The notes below the pieces were generated by a model, which ran no database searches, had not been told where the DNA came from, and saw only the letters and a list, made by a program, of their open reading frames with translations. Shown in pieces: positions 22,128 to 31,142 of a DNA stretch of 64,000 nucleotides. The DNA comes from an uncultured Acidobacteriota bacterium (GTDB taxonomy: Bacteria > Acidobacteriota > Thermoanaerobaculia > Gp7-AA8): positions 256,001 to 320,000 of the forward strand of contig CAVUKB010000007.1 in assembly GCA_963741955.1 (NCBI GenBank). Direction: 5' to 3'. Position numbers and translations under genes: made by a program. How positions within the stretch are numbered: the stretch's first letter is position 1; the number at the start of each line of letters is the position of its first letter.

Positions 22128-22331
22128 CTATGGGATTCGATTCAGCGGGTCCTCTGGGCTCACGTTACAGACGCTGCAATCGATGAAGACGTTGATCGGA
22201 GCGCAGTTGTAAGCGTCCCAGGGGACTGGACAGATCACGCCGTCGACACATTCCGCGTTGGCTGCATGGGGAACGGCGAACAACATCGAGCCGGCCAGGA
22301 GAAGAACGGACAATAAGACCTTCAATCTCAT
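22128..22331 (-). CDS. small secreted cysteine-rich peptide (67 aa)
   Basis: GAGGAG RBS, Sec signal peptide ending AANA, 41-aa mature part with 5 Cys; ends 4 nt before the next gene. Confidence 0.8.
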   Translation of the reverse strand: MRLKVLLSVLLLAGSMLFAVPHAANAECVDGVICPVPWDAYNCAPINVFIDCSVCNVSPEDPLNRIP

Positions 22332-22845
22332 TGAAACTCTCCTCTATATTCAACAGGGTTTCACGGCTCTACTGCAATGAACATGAGGCGTGCCCTCGTC
22401 TCCGTCAAGCCTGTAGCAGGTTATACCAAGGGATTGACGTTGCGGCGCTAATGGAGTTGTGGCGACAGACGAGTGTCGTCGGGCGAAACGAACGCGTCGA
22501 GATCGCATCTCGGCTTCGCGCCCTGTCCCGGCCGCCGCTGAACGCGTGGGAACAATGGCGTCGAGGTCACGAGAAAGGAGTCCGTTCGACGAACATCAAA
22601 CATCGATCGATATCGTGTGCTTCACGGTCGCGGACTCCTCGCCGGGACCTGTCCACACGAACGCACCTTTCTCGAACACCCTCCTCCAACCGTGCAGCAT
22701 CTGTTGCGCGAACTCGACCACAAACGAAAGCATTTCGTTCAGCTCTTCGAGGGCTGCGCTATTCGTCATGTAAGTCATAAGGACAACACGGACCTGCGCT
22801 CACCGGCGCGAACCTGTATGCGCTGATGTATAGCGCCGCTCTCCC

Positions 22846-25800
22846 TCACTCACCGGCCACGAATACCGGATCGCCCGAGTCGTTGTCGACTACGGAGCCG
22901 TAGACGAAGAGTCCCCCCTTCGAATCCGTGTGAGCGTGGACGCTGAACTGACCGAGTGAGGAGACGTCCGCTGCAGGAAAGAGTGCGGCTGCGCTGCTCT
23001 GCAGCTGCGACTTCGGAGGGACGGTGACGGTGGTCGAAGCGACGGTCGTTCCTTGTGGCGTGATCAGCCCGAGCGTGACCTGCGAGGGTTGGTCGTTGGT
23101 GTTCACCACACCGACGTTCGTGCGGAACCCGCTGTCCGACCGCGTTCCGGCGAGCCACGCATCGCTGCCGAGATGAACGAGCTCGAAACCAGGAATGGCC
23201 TGGCCGTACGTGCCGCCGCCCGCACGTGTGGTGAAGGTGCGGGTGGTGAGCACCGGGCCGCCGCCGGAGCCGCTCCAGGTGAGGAGCAGCGCGCCGTTTC
23301 CGCTCGAGACGCCGAACCAGTCGAGGAGATCGTCGATCCGTACGGTGCTGCCGGCAGGAACCGGAAGACTCTTCGAGAGCGCGTAGCGGTTGTCGGTTCC
23401 TGCAGGGAGAAAGCGGAGCGAGGCGGAGAGCGGCGAGGCGCCGGGATTCCAGATCGTCAGCTCGCTCCGCCAGAACGTGCCGGCGGCGCCCGGGGCCTTT
23501 CCTGCGGCGGGGATGAGGATCTCGTTCGCCGTGAAGCGTGGCGTCGCCGCGATGTACACCGGGTCCTGAGTGAGATTGTCCACCGACGACGCGTATGCGG
23601 TGATCCCCTCCCCTCCGTCGATCCGCAGCGATGCGACGTCGAGCGACATTCCGGCGACGGAGGGGAAGAGAGCCGTCAACGCCGTCTGCTGGAACGAGTG
23701 TGGCGAGAGGGCGATCGTCGACGACGCCAGCGCGGCTCCGTTCGCATCGAACAGGGTCAGGTCTGCGGTTCGATCGAGTCCCGAGTCGTTCACCACCCCC
23801 ACGTTGGTCCGGAACCCGGCGGACGAACGGAGGCCGGTCAGATAGAGCGGAGTCTCGCCGTTCGTGACGGCGGCGGATCCGACGCCCTGTCCGTATGAGC
23901 CGTCCGGACCGGAGGTGAAGGTCCGGCTGGAAAGGCGGACGTCGCGGCTGGATAGAGAGGAGCCGTCGAGGGCGATGCTTCCTGCTCCGGTCGAAAGCCC
24001 GAAGATCTCGCCGAGCGCGTCATTCCAACTCTCGGAGGCCAGGGGCGGAAGGTGGACTTCGACCGACGCCGCGTCACCCGATGCCGGATGATACGTGAGG
24101 GTCAGGTCTGCGGCTACGCTTCCGGCGTTGAGGAGAGTGAGTGCGGTGCGCCAGTGGGTATCACTCCCTCCATCCACTCGTGCGGAAACGGGAAGGATCG
24201 CGTGGAACGGAGGCTCGTCCGGCGCGACCGAGACGCTGCGGACGCGGGTACCGGACGACGAGCCGTTCGAGCTGGTGAGCGTGACGGCGTAGTAGCCCGC
24301 CGCGACGTAGACGTTAGTCGGATTCCTCTCGGTGGAGGTGTTCCCGTCGCCGAAGTTCCAGTTCCACGATGTGGGCGACCCGAAGGAGCGGTCGGTGAAC
24401 GTGACCTTCTTCCCCGCGACCGGGTAGTCGCTGACGTCGAAGTCCGCGGTGATCAGCGGCCGGATTCCGGAACCCTGGACCACCTCGACGGTCCGGCTGA
24501 ACTGCGAGGAATCCGTTCCGTCGGAGACTGACAGCGTCACGGTGTAGATCCCTCCCGCGGCATATCGCTTGGAGGGATTCTGCCGGGTGGAAGTGCTCCC
24601 GTCTCCGAAGTCCCAGCTCCAGCTGGTGACGGCGCCGGTGGAGCGGTCGGAAAAGAGGATCAGGTCGTCCGTAGTGGGAGACGCGGGCGAGATCTCGAAA
24701 TCCGCGGAGAGAGCGGAGCTCCCTGGAGCACCCGCAGTGACGACCACGCTGCGGGTGGCGGTCGAAGGCCGCGATCCGTTGGTCACGGTGAGCGCGACGC
24801 CGTAGGTTCCTGCCGAGGCGTAGACGTGGGTCGGGCTCACGTCGCTGGACGTCATTCCGTCGCCGAAGGTCCAGACCCGGCCGGTGATCGGTCCGGTGGA
24901 GCGGTCGGTGAAGCGGAAGTTGGTGACGCCGGCCGTACCGATCAGAGGGTCGACCGTGAAATCTGCGGTGACCGTGTCGGGAGGGGTAGTGACCTGGGCG
25001 GTATTCGATGGTGCCGATTCGCCCGCCGCATTGCGGGCGGTCAGGTAGAATCTGTAGGTCTGACCCCCGGAGGTCGAGACGATCACCGTGGTCACATTCG
25101 CCGCGACGTCACCGATGCGGCTGAACGATCCCGAGACTCCGGAAGTGTAGACGGTCTGGGCGGTCTCGTCGGAGGCGTTGTCTTTCCAGGAGAGGTTCAC
25201 CCGGTCCGGCCCCGTCGCAGTGGCGGTGAGGTTCGACGGAGCGGCCGGCACGGTGCCCACCGGAGTCGATCCCGAGGCGGGATAGAGCCACTTCGCCGCA
25301 TTCTGGTCGTCGGGGCGGAGCGAGGCTCCGAGTCCGGTCACGTTGGCGTACATTAGTGCGGTGGAGTCGGACGAGTGCCCGAATCCCAGCGTGTGCCCGA
25401 GCTCGTGGGCGATGATCTCGGCGAGAACGGCGCTGCTGATCCCGGCCGAGGGAGACACGCCATCCTGAATGACGAGATTTCCTTCCAGGATCTCGGTGGT
25501 GGGATGGGGACCGGCGGTATGTGAGGCGTCCGCAGTGAAGGGAGCGTTCCAGGTCGGACCGGGACGGGCGTTGTTGAAGCCGCCGCGGCCGACCACCCCG
25601 CCGGTCGATGGATCCCAGCTGCCGTCGATGTCGTTGGTCAGGTCGTTGAAGACGACCTCGTTGACTCCGTTCAAACGAGTGAGTCCGGCGGGAGAGCCAC
25701 TCCCGGCTCCGGCGTACGAATAGTGGATCGAAGCCTGCGAGTCTCCGCTCCAGACCGCGATCGCGGTTCTGAGCTCGCTCACTCCGCCGTTCGTGTAGCC

Positions 25801-26499
25801 CGGCTGTGTTCCGTAGCTCCTCCAGCTCGCACTTCCGCCGGAATCGAACGACGACCAGCGATAAATCGTCGGCTCCGAGATGAGAGTGAACTCCGCGCTC
25901 AATCCATCTGCGAAGCGGGGATGGTCGGTCCGATAGAGCGGAAGCGCGGGCTCGCCGCCGACACGCTCGCGGATGTAGCTCTCGAACAAATCTGCGAGCC
26001 GCTGGCGGTCGTCCGGAAGCGCGGGCTCGAAGCCGGCGCCGAGCAGATACGTCTTCGGATGGGTCGCGCTTCGGAACCAGATCCGGTGACCGTCTTCGGT
26101 GAACCGCTCGGTGAATTTTCCGATGAAGAGATCCCGGGTCTGAAATGTCCCGTCGGGCCGGGGCCAGAGAAAGACGAGAGCGCGCTCGCCGATCCGGTAG
26201 ACCGGCGATCCGAAGACGATGTTGATGCGGTCGCCGACGATTCCTCCGGTCTCGGAGATCGTGATCTGCGGCAGATCGATCGAACCCTTGAGAACGTCCT
26301 CGACCGCGAGGAGCGTTTCGGTTCGGATTGCGCCGTCGCGGACGACCGCTTCGGAGTGGAGGACGCGACCGATCAGGATCACCGGGGATTTGCGAATCAG
26401 CTGGTCGTCGGTAGGAACGACGATGGTGGTCGCGGAAAGAGCTGCCGCAAAGAGTGCGACGAGCAACCCGAGAGCAGCGGGACCGCGTATGTTTTTCAT
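22846..26499 (-). CDS. secreted matrixin-like (M10) metalloprotease with FN3, three PKD domains and a duplicated C-terminal domain
   Basis: HELGHTLGFGH + ALM Met-turn; PAAPSNLTA FN3; three WxFGDG PKD repeats; two copies of WRT/SxL...FRTNVGVVN...VDNxxxDPV. Confidence 0.9.
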   Translation of the reverse strand: MKNIRGPAALGLLVALFAAALSATTIVVPTDDQLIRKSPVILIGRVLHSEAVVRDGAIRTETLLAVEDVLKGSIDLPQITISETGGIVGDRINIVFGSPVYRIGERALVFLWPRPDGTFQTRDLFIGKFTERFTEDGHRIWFRSATHPKTYLLGAGFEPALPDDRQRLADLFESYIRERVGGEPALPLYRTDHPRFADGLSAEFTLISEPTIYRWSSFDSGGSASWRSYGTQPGYTNGGVSELRTAIAVWSGDSQASIHYSYAGAGSGSPAGLTRLNGVNEVVFNDLTNDIDGSWDPSTGGVVGRGGFNNARPGPTWNAPFTADASHTAGPHPTTEILEGNLVIQDGVSPSAGISSAVLAEIIAHELGHTLGFGHSSDSTALMYANVTGLGASLRPDDQNAAKWLYPASGSTPVGTVPAAPSNLTATATGPDRVNLSWKDNASDETAQTVYTSGVSGSFSRIGDVAANVTTVIVSTSGGQTYRFYLTARNAAGESAPSNTAQVTTPPDTVTADFTVDPLIGTAGVTNFRFTDRSTGPITGRVWTFGDGMTSSDVSPTHVYASAGTYGVALTVTNGSRPSTATRSVVVTAGAPGSSALSADFEISPASPTTDDLILFSDRSTGAVTSWSWDFGDGSTSTRQNPSKRYAAGGIYTVTLSVSDGTDSSQFSRTVEVVQGSGIRPLITADFDVSDYPVAGKKVTFTDRSFGSPTSWNWNFGDGNTSTERNPTNVYVAAGYYAVTLTSSNGSSSGTRVRSVSVAPDEPPFHAILPVSARVDGGSDTHWRTALTLLNAGSVAADLTLTYHPASGDAASVEVHLPPLASESWNDALGEIFGLSTGAGSIALDGSSLSSRDVRLSSRTFTSGPDGSYGQGVGSAAVTNGETPLYLTGLRSSAGFRTNVGVVNDSGLDRTADLTLFDANGAALASSTIALSPHSFQQTALTALFPSVAGMSLDVASLRIDGGEGITAYASSVDNLTQDPVYIAATPRFTANEILIPAAGKAPGAAGTFWRSELTIWNPGASPLSASLRFLPAGTDNRYALSKSLPVPAGSTVRIDDLLDWFGVSSGNGALLLTWSGSGGGPVLTTRTFTTRAGGGTYGQAIPGFELVHLGSDAWLAGTRSDSGFRTNVGVVNTNDQPSQVTLGLITPQGTTVASTTVTVPPKSQLQSSAAALFPAADVSSLGQFSVHAHTDSKGGLFVYGSVVDNDSGDPVFVAGE

Positions 26500-26661
26500 C
26501 CGAGCCGATTCCTGTCGCTCGCAACAGCTTCACTCGAAAGCGATATTTCTCCTCGCCGGAGTCCGATCCGATCGGGAGTACGAGAGCGAGCCGCGGCGTC
26601 TCCTCATTCTCGATTCTGCATTCGTCGCCTCCCCCTGCTACACTCCCGCCGGACCGGAACC

Positions 26662-27456
26662 ATGCCGAATTACCGACTCCTGATCGAGTATGAAGGAACC
26701 CGCTACTCGGGGTGGCAGAGCCAGCAAAACACCTCGAAGACCGTGCAGGGCGCGCTGGGGCGTGCCGCGGAACAGATCTTCGGCAACGGGCGGCTGATCG
26801 GCGCGGGACGCACCGACGCGGGAGTTCATGCGGCCGCGCAGGTGGCGAATCTGACCGTCGCCAAGTCCATGCCGCCGCTCGAGATCGCGCGGAAGATGAA
26901 CGACCTTCTGCCGCACGACATCACCATCCTGTCGGTCGATCCCGCCCCCTCCGGCTTCCACGCCCGCCATGACGCGACCGGGCGAGTCTATCTCTATCAG
27001 ATCTCTCGCCGGCGGACCGCGTTCGCCAAGCCGTTCGTCTGGTGGATCAAGGATCGTCTCGACACCGATGCCATGCTGGAAGCCGCGGACGTCCTCCGCG
27101 GCTTCCATGATTTCGCGCCGTTCACCGACAAACGCCTGGTGAAGGAATCGACCGCCGTCGCGGTCGAGGACCTCCAGATCGCCGAGTCGGGAGATCTGGT
27201 GCTTTTCCGCATCCGCGCTTCGCATTTCCTCTGGAAGATGGTTCGGAAGATCGTCTTCACCGTCGCGGAGGCCGGAAGGGGGAACATTCCTCCCGCCGCG
27301 GTCGGCGAGATTCTCGACGGAAAGCGCGAGCCGTTCACCCACTCGGCTCCTTCGTCGGGACTCTTCCTCGAAGCAGTGCTCTATCCGGGAGACACGTTCG
27401 ACCGGCCGCTCGAGCCGCTCGTGCCCGTCGCCACGTTCCGGCGAAGGAGCGGCTGA
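26662..27456 (+). CDS. truA: tRNA pseudouridine(38-40) synthase TruA
   Basis: IEYEGTRYSGWQ, GAGRTDAGVHA, FHARHDA, FLWKMVR, APSSGLFL. Confidence 0.95.
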   Translation: MPNYRLLIEYEGTRYSGWQSQQNTSKTVQGALGRAAEQIFGNGRLIGAGRTDAGVHAAAQVANLTVAKSMPPLEIARKMNDLLPHDITILSVDPAPSGFHARHDATGRVYLYQISRRRTAFAKPFVWWIKDRLDTDAMLEAADVLRGFHDFAPFTDKRLVKESTAVAVEDLQIAESGDLVLFRIRASHFLWKMVRKIVFTVAEAGRGNIPPAAVGEILDGKREPFTHSAPSSGLFLEAVLYPGDTFDRPLEPLVPVATFRRRSG

Positions 27457-28491
27457 GTGGGTCGCGGGGAGAAAGAGCTGATCGGGAAGATCGGGCAGTA
27501 CTTCCCGGCACTTCGCGAAGGTCTCGGGATCGGCGACGACGCAGCGGTCCTTCCGGTGCGGGGCAATCTGGTCGTCACCACCGACATGCTGGTCGAAGAC
27601 GTCGACTTCACTCGTGCCATACCACTCCGTTTCGTCGCAGCAAAGAGTCTCGCCGCGAACCTCTCCGACGTCGCGGCGATGGGCGCCACTCCGACTTCGT
27701 TCACCCTGACCCTCGGCATTCCTCCGGATCTCGTCGGAAGGATGGACGGATTTCTCGAGGGGCTCGCGGCGAGTGCCAGTCGTGCCGGCGTGGAACTGAT
27801 CGGAGGGGACCTTTCGGCATCGGAAAAGCTGATCGTTTCAATCACCGCGTTCGGCCGGATGGAGGAAGGGACGGAGCCTCTTCTGCGACGTGCTGCGCGA
27901 CCGGGTGAGCGGATCTTCGTCAGCCGGCCGCTCGGCGCAAGCACTGCAGGCCTGACCCTTCTGCGCCAGGGATGGACGATCGACGAGGAAGGGAAGGTCG
28001 AGCCTTCCGAACCCGCGCGCGTGCGGATCGGATACGCGCAGCGCGAGCTCGCGGAGTCGGTCATTCGAAGGCACGTGCAGCCGGATGCGGAGATCGCGCT
28101 CGGCGTCGCGCTGGCGAAGCTGGGCTCCGTCGGAGCATGCATCGACATCTCCGATGGACTCTCGACCGATCTGCATCACCTCTGCGACGCATCGTCGGCC
28201 GGCGCGATCATCGAATGGGAGAAGCTTCCCAAGTTCCCGGACCTCCTCGAATACGGCAGGTTTCTCGGAATCGACGTTCATGCGGCGGTGCTCCACGGGG
28301 GAGAGGAGCTCGCGCTTCTGTTCACTTCGAGCGCCCGGGAATCGGAGCTGAGTGCAAGACTGCGGCGTCCGGTCTATGCGATCGGAAGAATCACGAAGGA
28401 ACGGGATGTGGTGCTGCGGATCGGCGAGCGTACGGAAATGCTGCAGGCGAGGGGATTCGACCACTTCGCCGGCCAGGAGTTTGCGCGGTAG
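27457..28491 (+). CDS. thiL: thiamine-monophosphate kinase
   Basis: GIGDDAAV, TTDMLVEDVDF, NLSDVAAMG, IGGD, DISDGL, GGEE, GFDHF. Confidence 0.93.
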   Translation: MGRGEKELIGKIGQYFPALREGLGIGDDAAVLPVRGNLVVTTDMLVEDVDFTRAIPLRFVAAKSLAANLSDVAAMGATPTSFTLTLGIPPDLVGRMDGFLEGLAASASRAGVELIGGDLSASEKLIVSITAFGRMEEGTEPLLRRAARPGERIFVSRPLGASTAGLTLLRQGWTIDEEGKVEPSEPARVRIGYAQRELAESVIRRHVQPDAEIALGVALAKLGSVGACIDISDGLSTDLHHLCDASSAGAIIEWEKLPKFPDLLEYGRFLGIDVHAAVLHGGEELALLFTSSARESELSARLRRPVYAIGRITKERDVVLRIGERTEMLQARGFDHFAGQEFAR

Positions 28492-28635
28492 AAACGTCCG
28501 TACCGAGAAAGCGGGGCAGCGAGGCCAGATTCGTTCGGATTTGAAGTGCGTAGCGGTGGCTACTCGCCGAAAATCAGGACGGATTTGGACCGCTGATCCG
28601 ATTTCGCAGTAGGACAGTTTCTACCGCGCAGACTC
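28477..28635 (-). mobile_element. 159-bp MITE-like element, copy 2 (inverted); overlaps the thiL stop
   Basis: reverse complement aligns without gaps to 2437-2595; termini GAGTTTGCGCGGTAGAAAC / GTTTCTACCGCGCAGACTC. Confidence 0.8.
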
Positions 28636-28663
28636 CTGGGTCGAGTGAGAGATCGAAGCGCGT

Positions 28664-29146
28664 TCAGGGGACGCGTTGGGGCCGCCGCATCACGGTCGAT
28701 GCAGCGGCACAGACGAACGCGGTGATTCCGAGCGTGGTGCGGAGAGAATGTGCACGACTCCAGTTCCGGGTCAGGCTCTGGGTGTCTTCAGTCGCGTAGT
28801 CGAGGGGCCGGTTCTCGTCGATGCGTCGTGCAATCGGAATGGTGACGAGAGTCGTCGTTGCGAGCACCCCGGCGAGTCCGAGCGTGGAGACGACGTCGAG
28901 CATGCGCCGGAGAGGCTTCTCACCGCGCGCGCCGACGGCGAGCGCCATGGAGCTGGCGAGAGCCACCGGACCGATCGCATTCAGGTAACGGTTCGGAGCG
29001 CTGTCTTCACGTCCATCAGTTCGATTCGATCTCTCGAGCTCCCATCCGGGGATCAGAGCAGCTTCGCCGAATCCGAGCGAGCCTGCCAGGAGTCCGGACG
29101 TCGAAAGATTCAGAAACCTCAAGAGCGACTCTGTACTGCGATTCAT
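28664..29146 (-). CDS. small membrane protein, DUF1772-like
   Basis: four hydrophobic segments; GLLAG near the N-terminus and WSRAHSLRT motif. Confidence 0.65.
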   Translation of the reverse strand: MNRSTESLLRFLNLSTSGLLAGSLGFGEAALIPGWELERSNRTDGREDSAPNRYLNAIGPVALASSMALAVGARGEKPLRRMLDVVSTLGLAGVLATTTLVTIPIARRIDENRPLDYATEDTQSLTRNWSRAHSLRTTLGITAFVCAAASTVMRRPQRVP

Positions 29147-29147
29147 T

Positions 29148-29492
29148 TCATTCCCCTCCCAGGCCTGCGGCGACTCCAATCGCCAGGAGAAAGAGTACAC
29201 CGGCGGAAATCAATGCAAAAGCCCATTCCCGTCGCCGGGCGAATGTCGCCATCTGAACGATCACCCGGGCGAAAGGGGTGAACATCAGCGCGAGGACTCC
29301 GAGGTGGATGACCATCACCGGATCGAGTGTTGCCAGGCGCGGCAGAACGGCATGCAGCTCCAACGACTGAAGCTGCGGGGTCGGTCCGCCTCGAACCAGT
29401 TGCAGAATCAGACCGGAGAGCAGCAGCACGCCACTGACGATGACGCCCGTCAGGAGAGTGATGGAAGTGGCTGCGTTTCGTATCGTGCTCAC
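29148..29492 (-). CDS. DUF1634 family membrane protein
   Basis: LGVLALMFTPFARV motif, 3 TM segments, GTGA-coupled to the TauE gene (usual pairing). Confidence 0.8.
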   Translation of the reverse strand: MSTIRNAATSITLLTGVIVSGVLLLSGLILQLVRGGPTPQLQSLELHAVLPRLATLDPVMVIHLGVLALMFTPFARVIVQMATFARRREWAFALISAGVLFLLAIGVAAGLGGE

Positions 29493-30346
29493 GTCAGACT
29501 GATTCCTCGAGCCTTCAGCAGCATCTCCACGGCGATGACGAGCATCACCGCGGCGAAAATCCGTCGAAGAGTCTTTCCTTTGGAACGGCCTGCCAGAACC
29601 GAGCCGGTTCGCGATCCGGCGAAGACGCCGATCACCGTCGCTGCGCTGACGACCGGGAGAATCTGCCCCCGGCTGTAGTAGATCCACGTGCTCGCCACGG
29701 CCGTCACTCCGATGATGAAGTTCGACGTTGCAGCAGCGGCCTTCATCGGAACGTTGCAGAAAAGGGTGAGGGACGGCACCTTGATCAGCCCTCCGCCGAT
29801 CCCGAGCAGACCGCTCAGAATCCCGGCGAGGGACGCGACCCCCGCGGCCACCGGGATCCGTTGGACGTCGTACCTGACGTGATGACCCTCGGCGGCATCG
29901 AAGTAGTCGCCGCCGAGCTGCGCTCCGATGGTGTGCCGATCGCGGTCGGGATCGGGCTCGCTGACCACCGTCCCGGCTTCGCTGCCACCTCGCGCCATCG
30001 GGATCGCCATGAGAAGCATGGCGACGGCGAAAATGGTCATCAGCGTGGTTCCTCGAAGTACTCCGGCGAGAAGGCTCCCGCCGAGTGCTCCGGCTACGGT
30101 GAAGAGCTCGAGGCTCATGCCGAGGCGGACGTTCGCGACTCCGAGGCGGACGTATTTGGACGCCGCGGCGCTGGACGTGGCAATCACTCCCAGCAGCGAG
30201 GTCGCGATCGCAAAGTGAATGGGGATCTTCAGCAGAAGAACCAGGATCGGCACGATCAGCACTCCGCCTCCCAGTCCGAGCAGAGAGCCGAAAAGACCGG
30301 CGGCGAAACCGGAGCCGAGCAGAATCAGCGCATATCCAGGCGTCAT
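29489..30346 (-). CDS. sulfite exporter TauE/SafE (TSUP) family
   Basis: GSLLGLGGGVLIVP...AIATS and SGLLGIGGGLIKVP...AAATS duplicated motif. Confidence 0.92.
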   Translation of the reverse strand: MTPGYALILLGSGFAAGLFGSLLGLGGGVLIVPILVLLLKIPIHFAIATSLLGVIATSSAAASKYVRLGVANVRLGMSLELFTVAGALGGSLLAGVLRGTTLMTIFAVAMLLMAIPMARGGSEAGTVVSEPDPDRDRHTIGAQLGGDYFDAAEGHHVRYDVQRIPVAAGVASLAGILSGLLGIGGGLIKVPSLTLFCNVPMKAAAATSNFIIGVTAVASTWIYYSRGQILPVVSAATVIGVFAGSRTGSVLAGRSKGKTLRRIFAAVMLVIAVEMLLKARGISLT

Positions 30347-30517
30347 CGAGAATCGCTGCGCCCCGGATCCGATCCGGTCACCGGTCACGCCTGCGGTGAC
30401 GCGGGAGCGGATCGCAGTCGTGGCCCGGAAGTGCCGGTTGCTGTCGGGAGTCAGGCCGGCGTCGGCGCAGGGGGAGGATACCATCCCGCGAGGGGGAAGA
30501 ATGAAAATCCGCATTCG

Positions 30518-31110
30518 TTTCGCGGAGCGTCGGTGATGCGGTGGACGAGACTGCGCTTGTGGCACAGGGATCGTCTCGATGCGCTCTGAACGCGATCGTC
30601 GCGGCGGATCGGAGGATCCGCTCCCCTATCGCGGCAATCGCTCTCGCCGCTCGCCGCTCGCCGCTCGTCCCCGAGCCTCGAGCCCCGAGCCTCGAACCTC
30701 GTGCCTCAAGCCTCGAGCCTCGAACCTCGAGCCTCGAGCCTCGAGCCTCGAGCCTCGAACCTCGTGCCTCGAACCTCGTGCCTCGAGCCTCGAGCCTCGA
30801 GCCTCGAACCTCGTGCCTCGAACCTCGTGCCTCGAGCCTCGAACCTCGTGCCTCGAGCCTCGCGTCCCCGAGGGGTGCGGATCCTCCGATCCGCCGCGAC
30901 GATCGTGTTGTCTGCGATGAAGGCGAAGCCTGTGGCTTCCGCAGAGCGTCGGTGATTCATCCACCCAGCTCCGCTTCTGCCGGAACTTCGGATGCTGCTG
31001 CGGTCGCGCCCTCGCCGCAATCCGCGCGGCGGATCGGAGGATCCGCTCCCCACGGCGAGAATCACCGATGTCGTGGGTTTCGCGGAGCGTCGGCGATTCG
31101 GTGGACGGCG
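30518..31110. repeat. cluster of REP-doublet repeat modules
   Basis: palindrome GCGGATC-N4-GATCCGC with GGGG/CCCC flank at 30601, 30872 and 31026; spacers homologous to 46071-46258 and 47366-47665. Confidence 0.85.
30641..30864. repeat. heptamer tandem repeat array
   Basis: 3-4 CTCGCCG units, then about 28 units of CCTCGAG/CCTCGAA/CCTCGTG (30669-30864). Confidence 0.95.
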
Positions 31111-31142
31111 CAGACAGCGCGGTTTGTGCGCAACTCGCAACC

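Noticed and set aside
22128-22331. Classical RiPP precursor (lanthipeptide, sactipeptide, ranthipeptide)
   Set aside because: It has a Sec-type signal rather than a leader, and no recognisable maturase or peptidase-ABC exporter is nearby.
22596-22778. 60-aa ORF upstream of the peptide cassette as a regulator
   Set aside because: No recognisable motif; more likely a gene remnant, function unsupported.
30518-31110. CRISPR array interpretation of the GCGGATC palindromic repeats (also 46071-46258 and 47366-47665)
   Set aside because: Repeats alternate in orientation, spacers are ~125 bp and homologous to each other, and no cas genes are present.
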